Under the pieces are notes generated by a model. The model did not search any database, was not told the DNA's origin, and saw only the letters and a program-made list of their open reading frames with translations. A stretch of DNA of 64,000 nucleotides, from positions 96,001-160,000 of IMG/VR virus record IMGVR_UViG_3300017963_007659; one strand, given 5' to 3'. The translations under genes were made by a program, and so were the position numbers. The stretch comes from a virus. Of this stretch, positions 28,801 to 37,500 are shown piece after piece (positions within the stretch are counted from its first letter, which is position 1; every line of letters begins with the position of its first letter).

Positions 28801-28895
28801 ATGGCTTGGATATGTGTCCCGAGTGTGGTAATCTCGGATTGCGGTCGGAGGAAGGGTGCACGAGCTGCGCCTTCTGCGGCTATAGCAAATGCTGA
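25839..28895 (+). CDS. nrdJ: Class II (B12-dependent) ribonucleotide reductase with mini-intein and C-terminal Zn ribbon
   Basis: FVPAGRIL, FFNCNV, SRRGAAM, ATNPCGEQPL, CNLGAINL, RRVGL, SAPTGTIG, CPECG...CAFCGYSKC; single chain with no small subunit nearby. Confidence 0.95.
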   Translation: MRYPQYLASNELTALGRKTLLDRYARKAPKTAPVELGDLVILCTDKESGQREIGSVIGVNNDDRTVNIRAEDGEEYTVDVEEVDKPLETDPQDVVQRVARALSKVEEKPRRWENIFKKLMGNWKFVPAGRILTGAGIQQETPLTFFNCNVIPAPKDSREGIIDTAKILAELFSRGAGVGTYLSSLRPRFAYVKGVNGRSSGAVSWGSLYSHLTGLIEQGGCVTGETLVATSKGDFPIKNLVGTTPDVYSYDCSTERTVLKTAKWVGKTGDSQRILRLTTTQGLILEATPDHLILCADKKYRPLQELEVGTALNVESASIHHVQSVEDCGEEDVYDLEVPDTHNFFVFSKGCKEGVFIHNSRRGAAMLVLHVWHPDVYEFIECKREPKAKQLALLADKLEYGFGLTEFAQEARDLAGQWPAHIQHANLSVGITDDFMEAVIHDRDWQLVFPDTTVPEYTEKWDGDLKKWQEEGHPIKVHKVVKARDLWNKLMYSAWDSAEPGVIYIDTVNSESTSWWYCNMLATNPCGEQPLPSWYGVCNLGAINLPRFLMEDPDDPNKVILDKEAYKNAIHVSMRFLDNVIDTTPYFFDEQEYNAKRERRVGLSPFMGLAEALVILGIRYGSEEAVDFVEEAGLVAASESLRASVDLAEEKGCCDVLATPEDREKFLESLYVQRILRYLPPEDNQDLQSRIREHGARNVSFTTSAPTGTIGTMVATSTGIEPFFRFEYRQNTNLGTHIKRERVLDEWYRQHGESAAVPDYFVSAGELTPKEHLVMTAALQRWIDSGISKTYNLPQEYTPEDIGKIYMEIWKRRCKGGTVFREGSRTVQVLESLDPKEKKTFEMSFPEKTPGPPKGDKKDGSTWSIDSPSGTLHATFNQYPTPDNPFETFLRIGKAGSDVGAMTEAFGRVISLFLQMRGPIRPTRRCELLVEQLEGIGGRDQVGFGPNKIRSIPDAIAKSISRHLQSIVGRDDDLSCSEDEEEKPASTHGLDMCPECGNLGLRSEEGCTSCAFCGYSKC
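26499..26915 (+). mobile_element. Mini-intein (139 aa, no homing endonuclease) in nrdJ
   Basis: QGG|CVTGETLV...ATPDH...DVYDLEVPDTHNF...FIHN|SRRGA. Confidence 0.95.
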
Positions 28896-28901
28896 GGTGC
28901 T

Positions 28902-29183
28902 ATGAAAGGGAACCGAATGATTCTGACGTCTTACGAATGGGGTGAGCGCATCGACTACTTCATCCAAGAGGTGGAGAGCAATAGCACTCACCCCGTATCG
29001 ATGATGGCTGACCTCGCTTTCTTGTATCGCCACATCGATGGGGAAGTGTTCGAGAGGTCAGAAGAGAACAATGATCGAGTCGACAGGTTGGTGGAGGCGT
29101 GCACGGTTGCAGGCGTCTCCATCGATGGTGTGGCTAAGATTGTGGAACAACAACGGTTTTTTGAAGCTAAGAGGAGAAGCTGA
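28902..29183 (+). CDS. Hypothetical protein
   Basis: GAGG RBS. Confidence 0.65.
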   Translation: MKGNRMILTSYEWGERIDYFIQEVESNSTHPVSMMADLAFLYRHIDGEVFERSEENNDRVDRLVEACTVAGVSIDGVAKIVEQQRFFEAKRRS

Positions 29184-29515
29184 TGGGGAAAATAAAGTAC
29201 GGCAACAAGAAAAGTCACGGTGGTGCGATGGCAAAAGCCATGGTCGTTGGGATGGAGAAGAGGCATGCTCACGCGCAGACGGCGAAGCGAAAGAGGATCT
29301 TCAGTAGATTCATGAAGACAGAGAAGGGTCGGCAGGTCGCGGCGCAGATTGAAGCTGGAGCCCTCCCTGCCGAGAGCATCGAAGTCGATGGCAACAACAT
29401 CGAAGTCAAGGCGACCGTCAATCCAGAGGTTGCAGAGGACACTTCCTCCGATGAAGGCTCAGAAAACGAGTCAAAGGATCAGGAGGAGGAAGGCGATGAG
29501 CGAACGGAAGATTGA
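29183..29515 (+). CDS. Hypothetical protein (basic N-terminus, acidic C-terminus)
   Basis: TGATG overlap with the upstream gene. Confidence 0.7.
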   Translation: MGKIKYGNKKSHGGAMAKAMVVGMEKRHAHAQTAKRKRIFSRFMKTEKGRQVAAQIEAGALPAESIEVDGNNIEVKATVNPEVAEDTSSDEGSENESKDQEEEGDERTED

Positions 29516-29828
29516 CTTCGTTGACGGTGATGTCGTGCTGTTCCTGTCTGGAGGCGTGGCGGTTCGCCGAGATGGTGTGGGGATGTATCGGGTGGATATC
29601 CGAGATGAGCCACATACCATCCAAATCTACTACCATGCAGGTGTTGGCTTTATCAACATAAACGATAACAGTCGTGACACAAGGATGCGCCTGCTTCTTC
29701 CGAGGGGGCTTGGGTCCAATCTTGAAGACGATATCGTCAGTGCTATGCTGGAGTTGGAGATCCTCTCTCAGATCAACAGCGACAAGGCTCAGAAGGGCAA
29801 GCTGCCTGACGGTTGGGCGAAGAAATGA
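29496..29828 (+). CDS. Hypothetical protein
   Basis: AGGAGG RBS before MSERKIDF. Confidence 0.65.
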   Translation: MSERKIDFVDGDVVLFLSGGVAVRRDGVGMYRVDIRDEPHTIQIYYHAGVGFININDNSRDTRMRLLLPRGLGSNLEDDIVSAMLELEILSQINSDKAQKGKLPDGWAKK

Positions 29829-30035
29829 CCTCTTCCAACGAGAAGTCCTATCGTGCCGTTGAGATGGCTAAGGTGTCTGCGCGCTATCGTCTCCGACTCG
29901 TCCGTAAGGTCATTGAAAAGCTAGACAAGAAAGCCTCAAGTAGAACCTCCGTTTCCGCACACTAACACCTCCTACGTTACTATGCGGTTCCACTGTTATC
30001 GAAATCCAGTCAAAGTACAGTAAGTGAGAAGACAG

Positions 30036-30515
30036 ATGGCAAACAAAGAGGAAGAGCTGTACTACATTCAGGACACACGCAGTGTGGTAGGAGACTGCGT
30101 TCTGTGGTGGGGTCCAGACGGCAATGGCTACACCCTCAATATCGAAAGGGCTGGCCTATACACCTACAAGCAGGCGTCGAGCCATCGGGAAACCGACGTT
30201 CCTTGGCCAAAGTCCATGGTCGACAGCCTCATCTCTTCTCATGTGCATATCGACAGCTTGAGAACGGTTCCCACAGTTGAGGTCAAGCGGTGGAAAGGCG
30301 ATTGGTACAAAACCACACACCAGGTCGTCCGGACAACGGAAACGCAGATCCTCATTTCGTGCGGACAGCGAGAGGAGCGCTACAGTCGAAAGACGGGACG
30401 TCGCGTCGGAGCTTCCAAGCAAGGACTCCGGAGCGCGAGACTCCCGCGCATCGAAAAGAGAGAACTCAAGTGGCTTGAGTCGAGGCTCACGAACACGTGG
30501 AACAAAAAACGCTGA
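30036..30515 (+). CDS. Hypothetical phage protein
   Basis: YYIQDTRSVVGDCVLWWGPDGNGYT; CAGTCAAAGTA motif upstream. Confidence 0.7.
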   Translation: MANKEEELYYIQDTRSVVGDCVLWWGPDGNGYTLNIERAGLYTYKQASSHRETDVPWPKSMVDSLISSHVHIDSLRTVPTVEVKRWKGDWYKTTHQVVRTTETQILISCGQREERYSRKTGRRVGASKQGLRSARLPRIEKRELKWLESRLTNTWNKKR

Positions 30516-30561
30516 AGTTTTGAGAGCAATTCTCAAAGAAAGGTAGTCAAAGTATATTGTC

Positions 30562-31743
30562 ATGAAGGTTTATCGCTCGACACGCTGTACCTTGAAGTAC
30601 ACCAATCCACACAAGCTGGACATCTTGTCTGAGATTATAGACGAGTACGGCAGGGTGGTGCGGTTGTACATCGACTTGTTCTGGGAAAAGTCGCGATACC
30701 TTCATAATAATGACCTCTTGAAGCCTGTCATCGAATCAATCCCTCCGACGTGGCTGGGATATAAATTCAAAAGGGACGCGGCTCGTGAGGCTCTGCGAAA
30801 CATCCGGTCTATAACGAATAGACCAGGGACGCCACAAAAGAAGCCGAACTATAAAGGGCGGTCAATGACTCTCCATTTTGACACCGCCTATCTGACGGAC
30901 TCCAAAAAGACAGATTCTTTTGACGCCTGGTTTAGATTGCGTGGAGTTGGGAAGTATTCGGATACAGGAGAGGGGATATGCATCGCTTTTCCTATAAAAT
31001 TCCACAAGCATTTCAATCAATTGAGCGCCAAAGGAAGGCGCGTCAATACTATCCATGTCTATCGGGACTCAGTACAATTCATCTTTGAACTTGAGACCGG
31101 GGAGAAGAGGACCAAGGGCAAGCAGGTCGGAGTCTACACAAATGGGGAGACTCTTGCCACTATCTCCGATGGCACGAAGTACGGTACGGACATCGGACGC
31201 TATGTCGATCGTGTACAAAGATGCGTGCCTGGGTCAAAGGGCCACAGGAAGGCGCAGCGAGCGCTCAAACAGCGTCTGAATGAAGTAGTCAAAGAAATTG
31301 GGCGTAAGCATGTCAAGCTCTTTGTGCTTGAGCGTGCCAAACCCAAGAAGGATGCGATAGGCGGACGTTGCTCGCCAGAAAACAAGCAACGATCTCTCGG
31401 TATCTGGGCATACACCTACTGGTTGGAGAGGTTTCATAGAGAGTGTGAGATGAGACGTTCTCGCTTTCGCTCTACCGCTCCTGTATATACCAAGACGTGT
31501 TGTTCAGCATGTGGAAGTACCGAGAGGAGTAATCTGTCCGGTGAAACGTTCCTGTGTACCACATGTGGTCATAGGAGCAAAGCAGCAGTGAACGTTGCTC
31601 AAAACACTTTGGACAGGTATCTCTCTGGACCCTACGGTGCCAGATTCAAACCCGGACGCTCTGGAAAACGAGGTCAGGGAACGGTATTTGTACAATCGCC
31701 TATCTCTCAAAAACAGGGATCGACGAAAGGACTACAAGAATGA
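30562..31743 (+). CDS. tnpB: TnpB-derived protein with inactivated RuvC (TldR-like, nuclease-dead)
   Basis: TnpB architecture; RuvC-I GVYTNG (D to Y), RuvC-II FVLE kept, Zn finger CSAC...CTTC intact, RuvC-III KAAVNVAQN (D to A); no tnpA. Confidence 0.85.
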   Translation: MKVYRSTRCTLKYTNPHKLDILSEIIDEYGRVVRLYIDLFWEKSRYLHNNDLLKPVIESIPPTWLGYKFKRDAAREALRNIRSITNRPGTPQKKPNYKGRSMTLHFDTAYLTDSKKTDSFDAWFRLRGVGKYSDTGEGICIAFPIKFHKHFNQLSAKGRRVNTIHVYRDSVQFIFELETGEKRTKGKQVGVYTNGETLATISDGTKYGTDIGRYVDRVQRCVPGSKGHRKAQRALKQRLNEVVKEIGRKHVKLFVLERAKPKKDAIGGRCSPENKQRSLGIWAYTYWLERFHRECEMRRSRFRSTAPVYTKTCCSACGSTERSNLSGETFLCTTCGHRSKAAVNVAQNTLDRYLSGPYGARFKPGRSGKRGQGTVFVQSPISQKQGSTKGLQE

Positions 31744-32087
31744 CCTACTGTTGTCCTCTATGTGACCTGGAGATCACCAAGGACCGTCCGTACTGTAGCA
31801 ACATGTACTGCACCGTCGGCTACTACAACTGTCTATCCATGAACTGTCTATCCATGCCAGATGCTCCAGACATGGAGGATGTCGACAATCCTCTGGATAA
31901 ACGGGAAGCTCTCAATCGAAAGCAGGGTTCCTATTTTGGAGTGGATGCGGCTTCTCAGTGGCTACTGGAGAGAGCAGCATATTCTTTCACGAAGAATCAG
32001 GATGACACAGCGCGCACTCTCAGGGAGGCAGCTACCCTGATGCGTGACTCCAAGAAGGATATCCTCGCAGACTCGAACGAAGGGTAA
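31740..32087 (+). CDS. Hypothetical Cys-rich protein
   Basis: ATGA overlap; CCPLC...YCSNMYC. Confidence 0.65.
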   Translation: MTYCCPLCDLEITKDRPYCSNMYCTVGYYNCLSMNCLSMPDAPDMEDVDNPLDKREALNRKQGSYFGVDAASQWLLERAAYSFTKNQDDTARTLREAATLMRDSKKDILADSNEG

Positions 32088-32143
32088 GTCCTCGGTTATT
32101 GTGATTTAGGGGCATTTTACGCCTCTGGACACAACGAGGCTTC

Positions 32144-33160
32144 ATGGTTGCTACCAAACCACCGGACTACATCTACAAGGATATTCCCCGATCCACCGCT
32201 GAAGCTGTTCAGAACAACGCCTATGAGGAGTCCCTCGTCCTCGTCAAGTCCGCCATCCAGCACTACCTTAATCAGTTTTTCGATTCAGATGGGAAGTATC
32301 GAAGACTTGTAGAGTCTGTGTGCCCAACTGTAGGACAATTCGTTACAGACGTTCGTGTCCCTCGGCCTGGAGAATACGAAGACCCAACAAAGTACAAAAT
32401 TCAGATCGCTCGGATGTGGCAAGGTCTCAAGCAGCGTCTTCCTTGCATCGTCATTGCGGAGACTGGCTGGACTCGTCAGAACTCTCTGAGTGACATCTCG
32501 GGTGGTATCTCCGTGCCGGGGACCGATGGGCTCCAGCACTCTCCGTTGTGGCTCAGCAACTTCCTCATGGGGAGCATCGATATTCTTGTAGGGGCGTTGG
32601 ATGAACATACGACAGGGCAGATAACTTCCCAACTTATCAATATCTTTGGGCCTTTGAAGGAGTTCACCAAAGAGACAATCTTGAAGCCGACGACACCTAC
32701 AGGTGGGTCAACCTGGGAAGTTCGGCTTCCGATGAATCAAACCATCAGCTCCAGAGAGCGAATCAACATCGGAGATGACCCTGTCTCGTCGCTGTGGTCG
32801 GCTACGCTGTCCTTGGATGACGTCCACTTCGAGGGGTCAACACCTCTCGATATGGAGGCTGCTGTTCCGACGGAGCCCGATTATGGTCCGAATACCCCTG
32901 TAGACAGCGATGACTTCCCTGACACCACAATCGTTGTTTCCTCTCCGGTTAAGTTGGGGAGAGCCCAACCATTCCGTGTAGTTAACGAACGCTACAGCGC
33001 CGTCATCTACAGCGACAATCCCCGTGTGGCACTGATACGGGGCTACACCATCATCCCTAGGAAAGTTGGTACATTTAATATAGTCGTGGCTAATGGTAAT
33101 AGTGTTGGTCTTGAGGCCGACATCTTTGCAAAGCAAGAGGTGTCTGTGGCACTTATATAG
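32144..33160 (+). CDS. Virion structural protein (neck/tail-completion-like) with Ig-like C-terminus; last 30 codons supplied by the TnpB element
   Basis: Position upstream of the sheath, LPCIVIAETG, beta-rich C-terminus, GGTTATT motif upstream. Confidence 0.6.
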   Translation: MVATKPPDYIYKDIPRSTAEAVQNNAYEESLVLVKSAIQHYLNQFFDSDGKYRRLVESVCPTVGQFVTDVRVPRPGEYEDPTKYKIQIARMWQGLKQRLPCIVIAETGWTRQNSLSDISGGISVPGTDGLQHSPLWLSNFLMGSIDILVGALDEHTTGQITSQLINIFGPLKEFTKETILKPTTPTGGSTWEVRLPMNQTISSRERINIGDDPVSSLWSATLSLDDVHFEGSTPLDMEAAVPTEPDYGPNTPVDSDDFPDTTIVVSSPVKLGRAQPFRVVNERYSAVIYSDNPRVALIRGYTIIPRKVGTFNIVVANGNSVGLEADIFAKQEVSVALI

Positions 33161-34402
33161 CTCAGAGAGGGTTAGATAGCTAGTAGGCGCATAGAGCAGC
33201 AATCACATAGAAATTTAATGTTTGTGGCACATAAAATAGCGTTATCTCCTACCCCAGATCAGGAGACGTACTTCAGGAAAGCAGCAGGTACAGCGCGCTT
33301 CGCTTATAATTGGGCTTTAGACCAATGGGTATCTCTTTACCGATTGGGAGAAAAGCCAAGTGAAGCTATGATCCGAAAAAACTTAAACAAGATCAAGTAT
33401 ATTGAATTCCCTTGGATGAAAGACGTTTCAAAAACGGTACCACAACAATCGATTAAAAATCTGGGAAAGGCTTTCAACAACTTTTTCAATAAGCGTGCTA
33501 AATACCCGAAATATAAGAAACTTGGGAGGCATGACGCATTCCGTGCGGATAATGGTCCTCAAACTAAAGGAGCCGATGCGGTCCAGGTTAATGGAAAATC
33601 AGTCGGCATACCAAAACTCGGCTGGGTACGAATGCGAGAAGCGCTTCGTTTTGAAGGCCAAATAAAGTCCGCTACGATCTCACGAAGAGCCCAGCGGTGG
33701 TACATCAGTTTTTTGGTTGATAGCCCGCTTTGCTCCTTCCAGCGCGAAAACCAAGCAGTTGGAGGAGTAGACCTTGGTCTTCGTTGGATGGCTGTTACAA
33801 GCGATGGTGTCTTCTATGAGAATCCGAAGCCGCTGAAAGCTAACTTGAGGAAGCTTAAGAGACTACAGCGACAACTTCGCAACAAGAAGAAGGGGTCGAA
33901 CAGACGGACGCGACTCCAACATCGGATCGCGGAGCTTCATGTGAGAATCGCTGATATCAGAAAAGATGCTCTGCATAAGGCGACGACATCCTTGGTTAGA
34001 GATTACTCTACAATTGTTATCGAAGACCTAAATGTAGTGGGGATGCTGAAGAATCGTTATCTCTCCAGAGCTGTCTCGGATGTGGGATTGTACGAATTCC
34101 GTCGTCAACTTGAGTACAAAGCGAAGTGGTATGGGACAAAAGTCCTCTTAGCAGATCGTTGGTTCCCTTCCAGCAAACTCTGTTCGTGTTGTGGCTATAA
34201 GTACTCAGAACTAAAGCTTGGAATGGAATCGTGGGTGTGTCCTGTCTGTAAGACAGAGCATGATAGAGACCGGAACGCAGCTATCAATCTACGGGAAGTT
34301 CTCCCGGAAGTTACGCACGTGGAGACCACGTCCTCTACTTCTCTAGCTGGACTAGAGAAGCAAGGCAGGTCGATGAAGCGTGAACTTGTTGAAAGAGAAC
34401 GG
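33068..34402 (+). mobile_element. Transposase-less IS607-type TnpB element carrying a recoded 3' end of its target gene
   Basis: Bounded by GG at 33068-69 and 34401-02; 33068-33160 and 34401-34493 encode the same 30-aa C-terminus (25/30 identical). Confidence 0.85.
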
Positions 34403-34411
34403 TACTTTTAA
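33218..34411 (+). CDS. tnpB: RNA-guided endonuclease TnpB, catalytically intact
   Basis: HTH AHKIALSPT...GTARFAYNWAL; RuvC GGVDLG, IVIEDLNV, HDRDRNAAINL; Zn finger CSCC...CPVC. Confidence 0.97.
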   Translation: MFVAHKIALSPTPDQETYFRKAAGTARFAYNWALDQWVSLYRLGEKPSEAMIRKNLNKIKYIEFPWMKDVSKTVPQQSIKNLGKAFNNFFNKRAKYPKYKKLGRHDAFRADNGPQTKGADAVQVNGKSVGIPKLGWVRMREALRFEGQIKSATISRRAQRWYISFLVDSPLCSFQRENQAVGGVDLGLRWMAVTSDGVFYENPKPLKANLRKLKRLQRQLRNKKKGSNRRTRLQHRIAELHVRIADIRKDALHKATTSLVRDYSTIVIEDLNVVGMLKNRYLSRAVSDVGLYEFRRQLEYKAKWYGTKVLLADRWFPSSKLCSCCGYKYSELKLGMESWVCPVCKTEHDRDRNAAINLREVLPEVTHVETTSSTSLAGLEKQGRSMKRELVERERYF

Positions 34412-34422
34412 CATAGTGGTTG
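34290..34422 (+). ncRNA. Predicted TnpB omegaRNA (scaffold 3' part + guide)
   Basis: Hairpins CGGGA/TCCCG, ACGTGG/CCACGT, CTTCTCTAG/CTAGAGAAG and GTCGATGAAGC overlapping the tnpB 3' end; guide predicted from about 34403; boundaries approximate. Confidence 0.6.
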
Positions 34423-34493
34423 CTGATGGCAACTCCACAGGGCTCGAAGCTAGAATTTTTGCAACTCAGGAAGTCTCTGTATCTCTCATATGA
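34401..34493 (+). pseudogene. Displaced original 3' end of gene 32144-33160
   Basis: Reads GTFNIVVADGNSTGLEARIFATQEVSVSLI-stop, with no start codon or RBS. Confidence 0.9.
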
Positions 34494-34597
34494 TCTGGTC
34501 GCACGGATGCGTCTTATAAAGACGACCTCTCTAGAGCGAGGTTATCTTTAGACGATATCGATGAAATTGACCAAATAAGAACGGAGCGTTCAGAACC

Positions 34598-37500
34598 ATG
34601 GCTGACGTCTTAGTCACATCACAATATGTGCTCCCAGGTTCGTACCTAGGAAGAATCTACACACCCAACGCCGGAACGCTGTCGGGCGACCCAAGACAAC
34701 CCTGTTACGTTGGGAAGGGTAGTCGACTTGCGACCGCAGCGAACGTTCCGATCCGCCGTGCGTTTTTGCAGGGAGAGGTCATCCCCTTCCCGCAGACGGT
34801 GCCGCACTTGGTAACTCTTGCGCACCCATCGGATGGCGACCAGACGTTGGCAACGATGACTACACAGTCGGGGGCTGTCATTCCAGCCTCGAAGTGGCAG
34901 TTCCAGAAGTCCGCTCCCGGTATCACAGGATACGACCAAATTCTGCTGTTGCCGGAAGCCTTCAACTCCACCTCGACCTACACTCTCGACTACCAGACCA
35001 TCGACCGAGATGTTGTCGATGATGTCCCGTTTGACGAGATGCGTCAAATGGTTAGAGTAGGCGACTACCAGGACCAGGATTTCTACTCCGAGCAGGTGGA
35101 CTACCGCGTTATCACCTCCAATACGGATCCAGTTCCGGACCCGACGGTGGCGAACGCGACGACTACGCTGTTCACTCCTGTTCAGCAGACGGCTACGGGT
35201 GGTGGTGCTCCGACTCCGACGGTCAATGTTGGTGCCACCTACACAGGGCAGCACAACAGGCACTATCGCTTTGAGGCGGTTGGGCTCGCACCGCTGACCT
35301 TCTTGGTGGACATCACCAACGAGGGTGGCGGCAACAACCTGACTCCGGACTATCCGGTAGGTCCGAACATCAGCGGGCTGACCTTCCCGGTCGCTATCGC
35401 GGGTGCTTACGACCTCGACTCTCAGATGGGGCTCACCTCTCTTGGTGTGCTAGTCGACCTCGACCCGGCTGACCCTGGTGTCTGGGCTGTTGGTGACGTT
35501 TTTGAGTTCAACGCGCTTGGACCGTCCGTCATCGAATTGGACCCAACCTACGACAACACCAACCAGTTCTCTTCGGTTTCTGCCCTCACAGCAGCGGCTG
35601 GAAATGGTGGAACTGGTACAGTGACACTGAACCCCAATACGGACTTCACGGGATCGACGAACAAAGATGTGCGCATCGAATGTGCCTCCTTTGCTGGTCT
35701 GTCTCCGAACCGAACCGCTCTCTTCGATTGGCAGACCTACGGGGCTGATGCGATTGAGAAGGGATCGATTCTTGTAGATGAGTCTGTCGCGGGGAACCTG
35801 ATCAACCGAACGGTAGCCGATGGAATCTCTGTCGACTTCGACTTCGGCACGGATGCTGGTGGAAACAGCGCGAACTTCGTTTTTGCGGCTGGTATCATCA
35901 CCTTCGATGCGGGTACAGGTACCTTCACTCCTAGCATGGTTGGTCGGCAGATCACCATCGTTGGAGCCACTACCCCTGCGAATGATGGTACCTTCGTCAT
36001 CGCTTCCTATATCTCTCCAACACAAATCACCTACGCCAACGCTCTTGGTGTAACCGAGGTTGGAGCAGGTACCTGGGTTGTGGAAGGTTTCTTCGTTCCG
36101 ACCTCAGCGACGACACAGGGCGACCTCTTCACGACGGCTGCTACTGCCCCCATGCTCTATTACACGGGTAAGGACGACCGAGAGTACACTCTGGAGGTCA
36201 CAGCAGCTACGTCTACTCCGTTCACCGCAGTGACTGGTGTTGCGATTGCTCCAACGAATACGTTCGACGTCGCAACGGATCTCACGACAGCCATCGCGCT
36301 TCATCCGAACATTCGGGTCGAAGGTTCGACGGGCAACGACAATCTCTATACGGTCCAGTCCACCTCCTACGATTCTGGAACGGACACCACGACTATCACC
36401 ACAGTCGAGAACGTCCCGAATGCCGTAGCAGATGGAAACCTCTGGTACGGAACAGGCGCAGCGTCCATCTTCTGGTCGACAGCTACTCCTGAAGGTGGTT
36501 TCGGTACCCTTTCTCTGTTGGATAACGACACGGCTTCACCGCTCGCCGATGAGATCAAGTTCTATGTCCGAAACTCTGGAAATCCGCTGCTTCGCTCGGA
36601 TGCTCAGAATCAGAGAAACGTCATCGCAGACGTCTGGACCTTCACGGTTACGAATGAGGATGAGATCTCTTGGACGCTCGCAGCGCGCGAGACGGAGACC
36701 ATCGCTGTAGCGGACCTTCGACAAGATACCACGGGTTCCATCACAGGAGCTTCTGGTGGCGTTCCTGGCACGCGTTACCTCATCCTTGAGCAAACTCCTA
36801 CGATCCAGCCTCTTCGAGTGTGGACGACCAACCCGACGACCAGTGTCACCACTGAGCTGACGGTTGCAACGACACCTCCCTATGTCGCTGGTTCGGACGC
36901 CTACTGGATCACCGGGACACCGTACATCTTCTTCCCGACGACTCCGACTGAGCCTGTCTCGGTCACCTACCAGCACAGAGCGTTGGAGCCGGATCCTGGA
37001 CAGGTCTACTACATCACGTCGTACTACCTGCGACCCCTCAACTTCTACAACAACCCGATTCGGTTGCTGAACGAAGACGAGGCGATCTCGGTTCTCGGTC
37101 CCATGGACCCCGAGAACGACCTTCTCATCATGGCTCTCGTTGCCCTGGTGGACTGCAACGCCTTCGCTGTTTGGGTCACGCAGGTTCGAGACACAGACGA
37201 TGACGGTGTGTATACCACATACGACTACAACACGGCTATTGAAGCCACAGAGCTGAATGACCAACTCACGGACATCACAGTTCTACAGAACTTCGATTCG
37301 CTGTCCAAGCTGAAGACGTCTGTCATCCAGATGAACGACCCCTTCGAGCGGAAGCAGCGTCTGTGCTGGGTTGGAGCCCCCATTGGGACAGAGATTGGCG
37401 ATACCGACACTCCGGACACTTTGGTCTACTTGGCCAAGAGAACGCTCCAGGTGTACGGTGAGAGCCCCGCGCACGGTGCCTTCATTCTTGTAGGCAACAC

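Noticed and set aside
33161-33217. IStron (group I intron + IS607) explanation for the TnpB insertion
   Set aside because: Only 57 nt separate the host stop codon from the tnpB ATG, leaving no room for an intron core. The reading frame is restored by the recoded copy instead.
30515-34597. tnpA (Y1 or serine recombinase) partner for either TnpB
   Set aside because: No HUH or serine-recombinase ORF is present near either gene. One elsewhere in the genome cannot be excluded.
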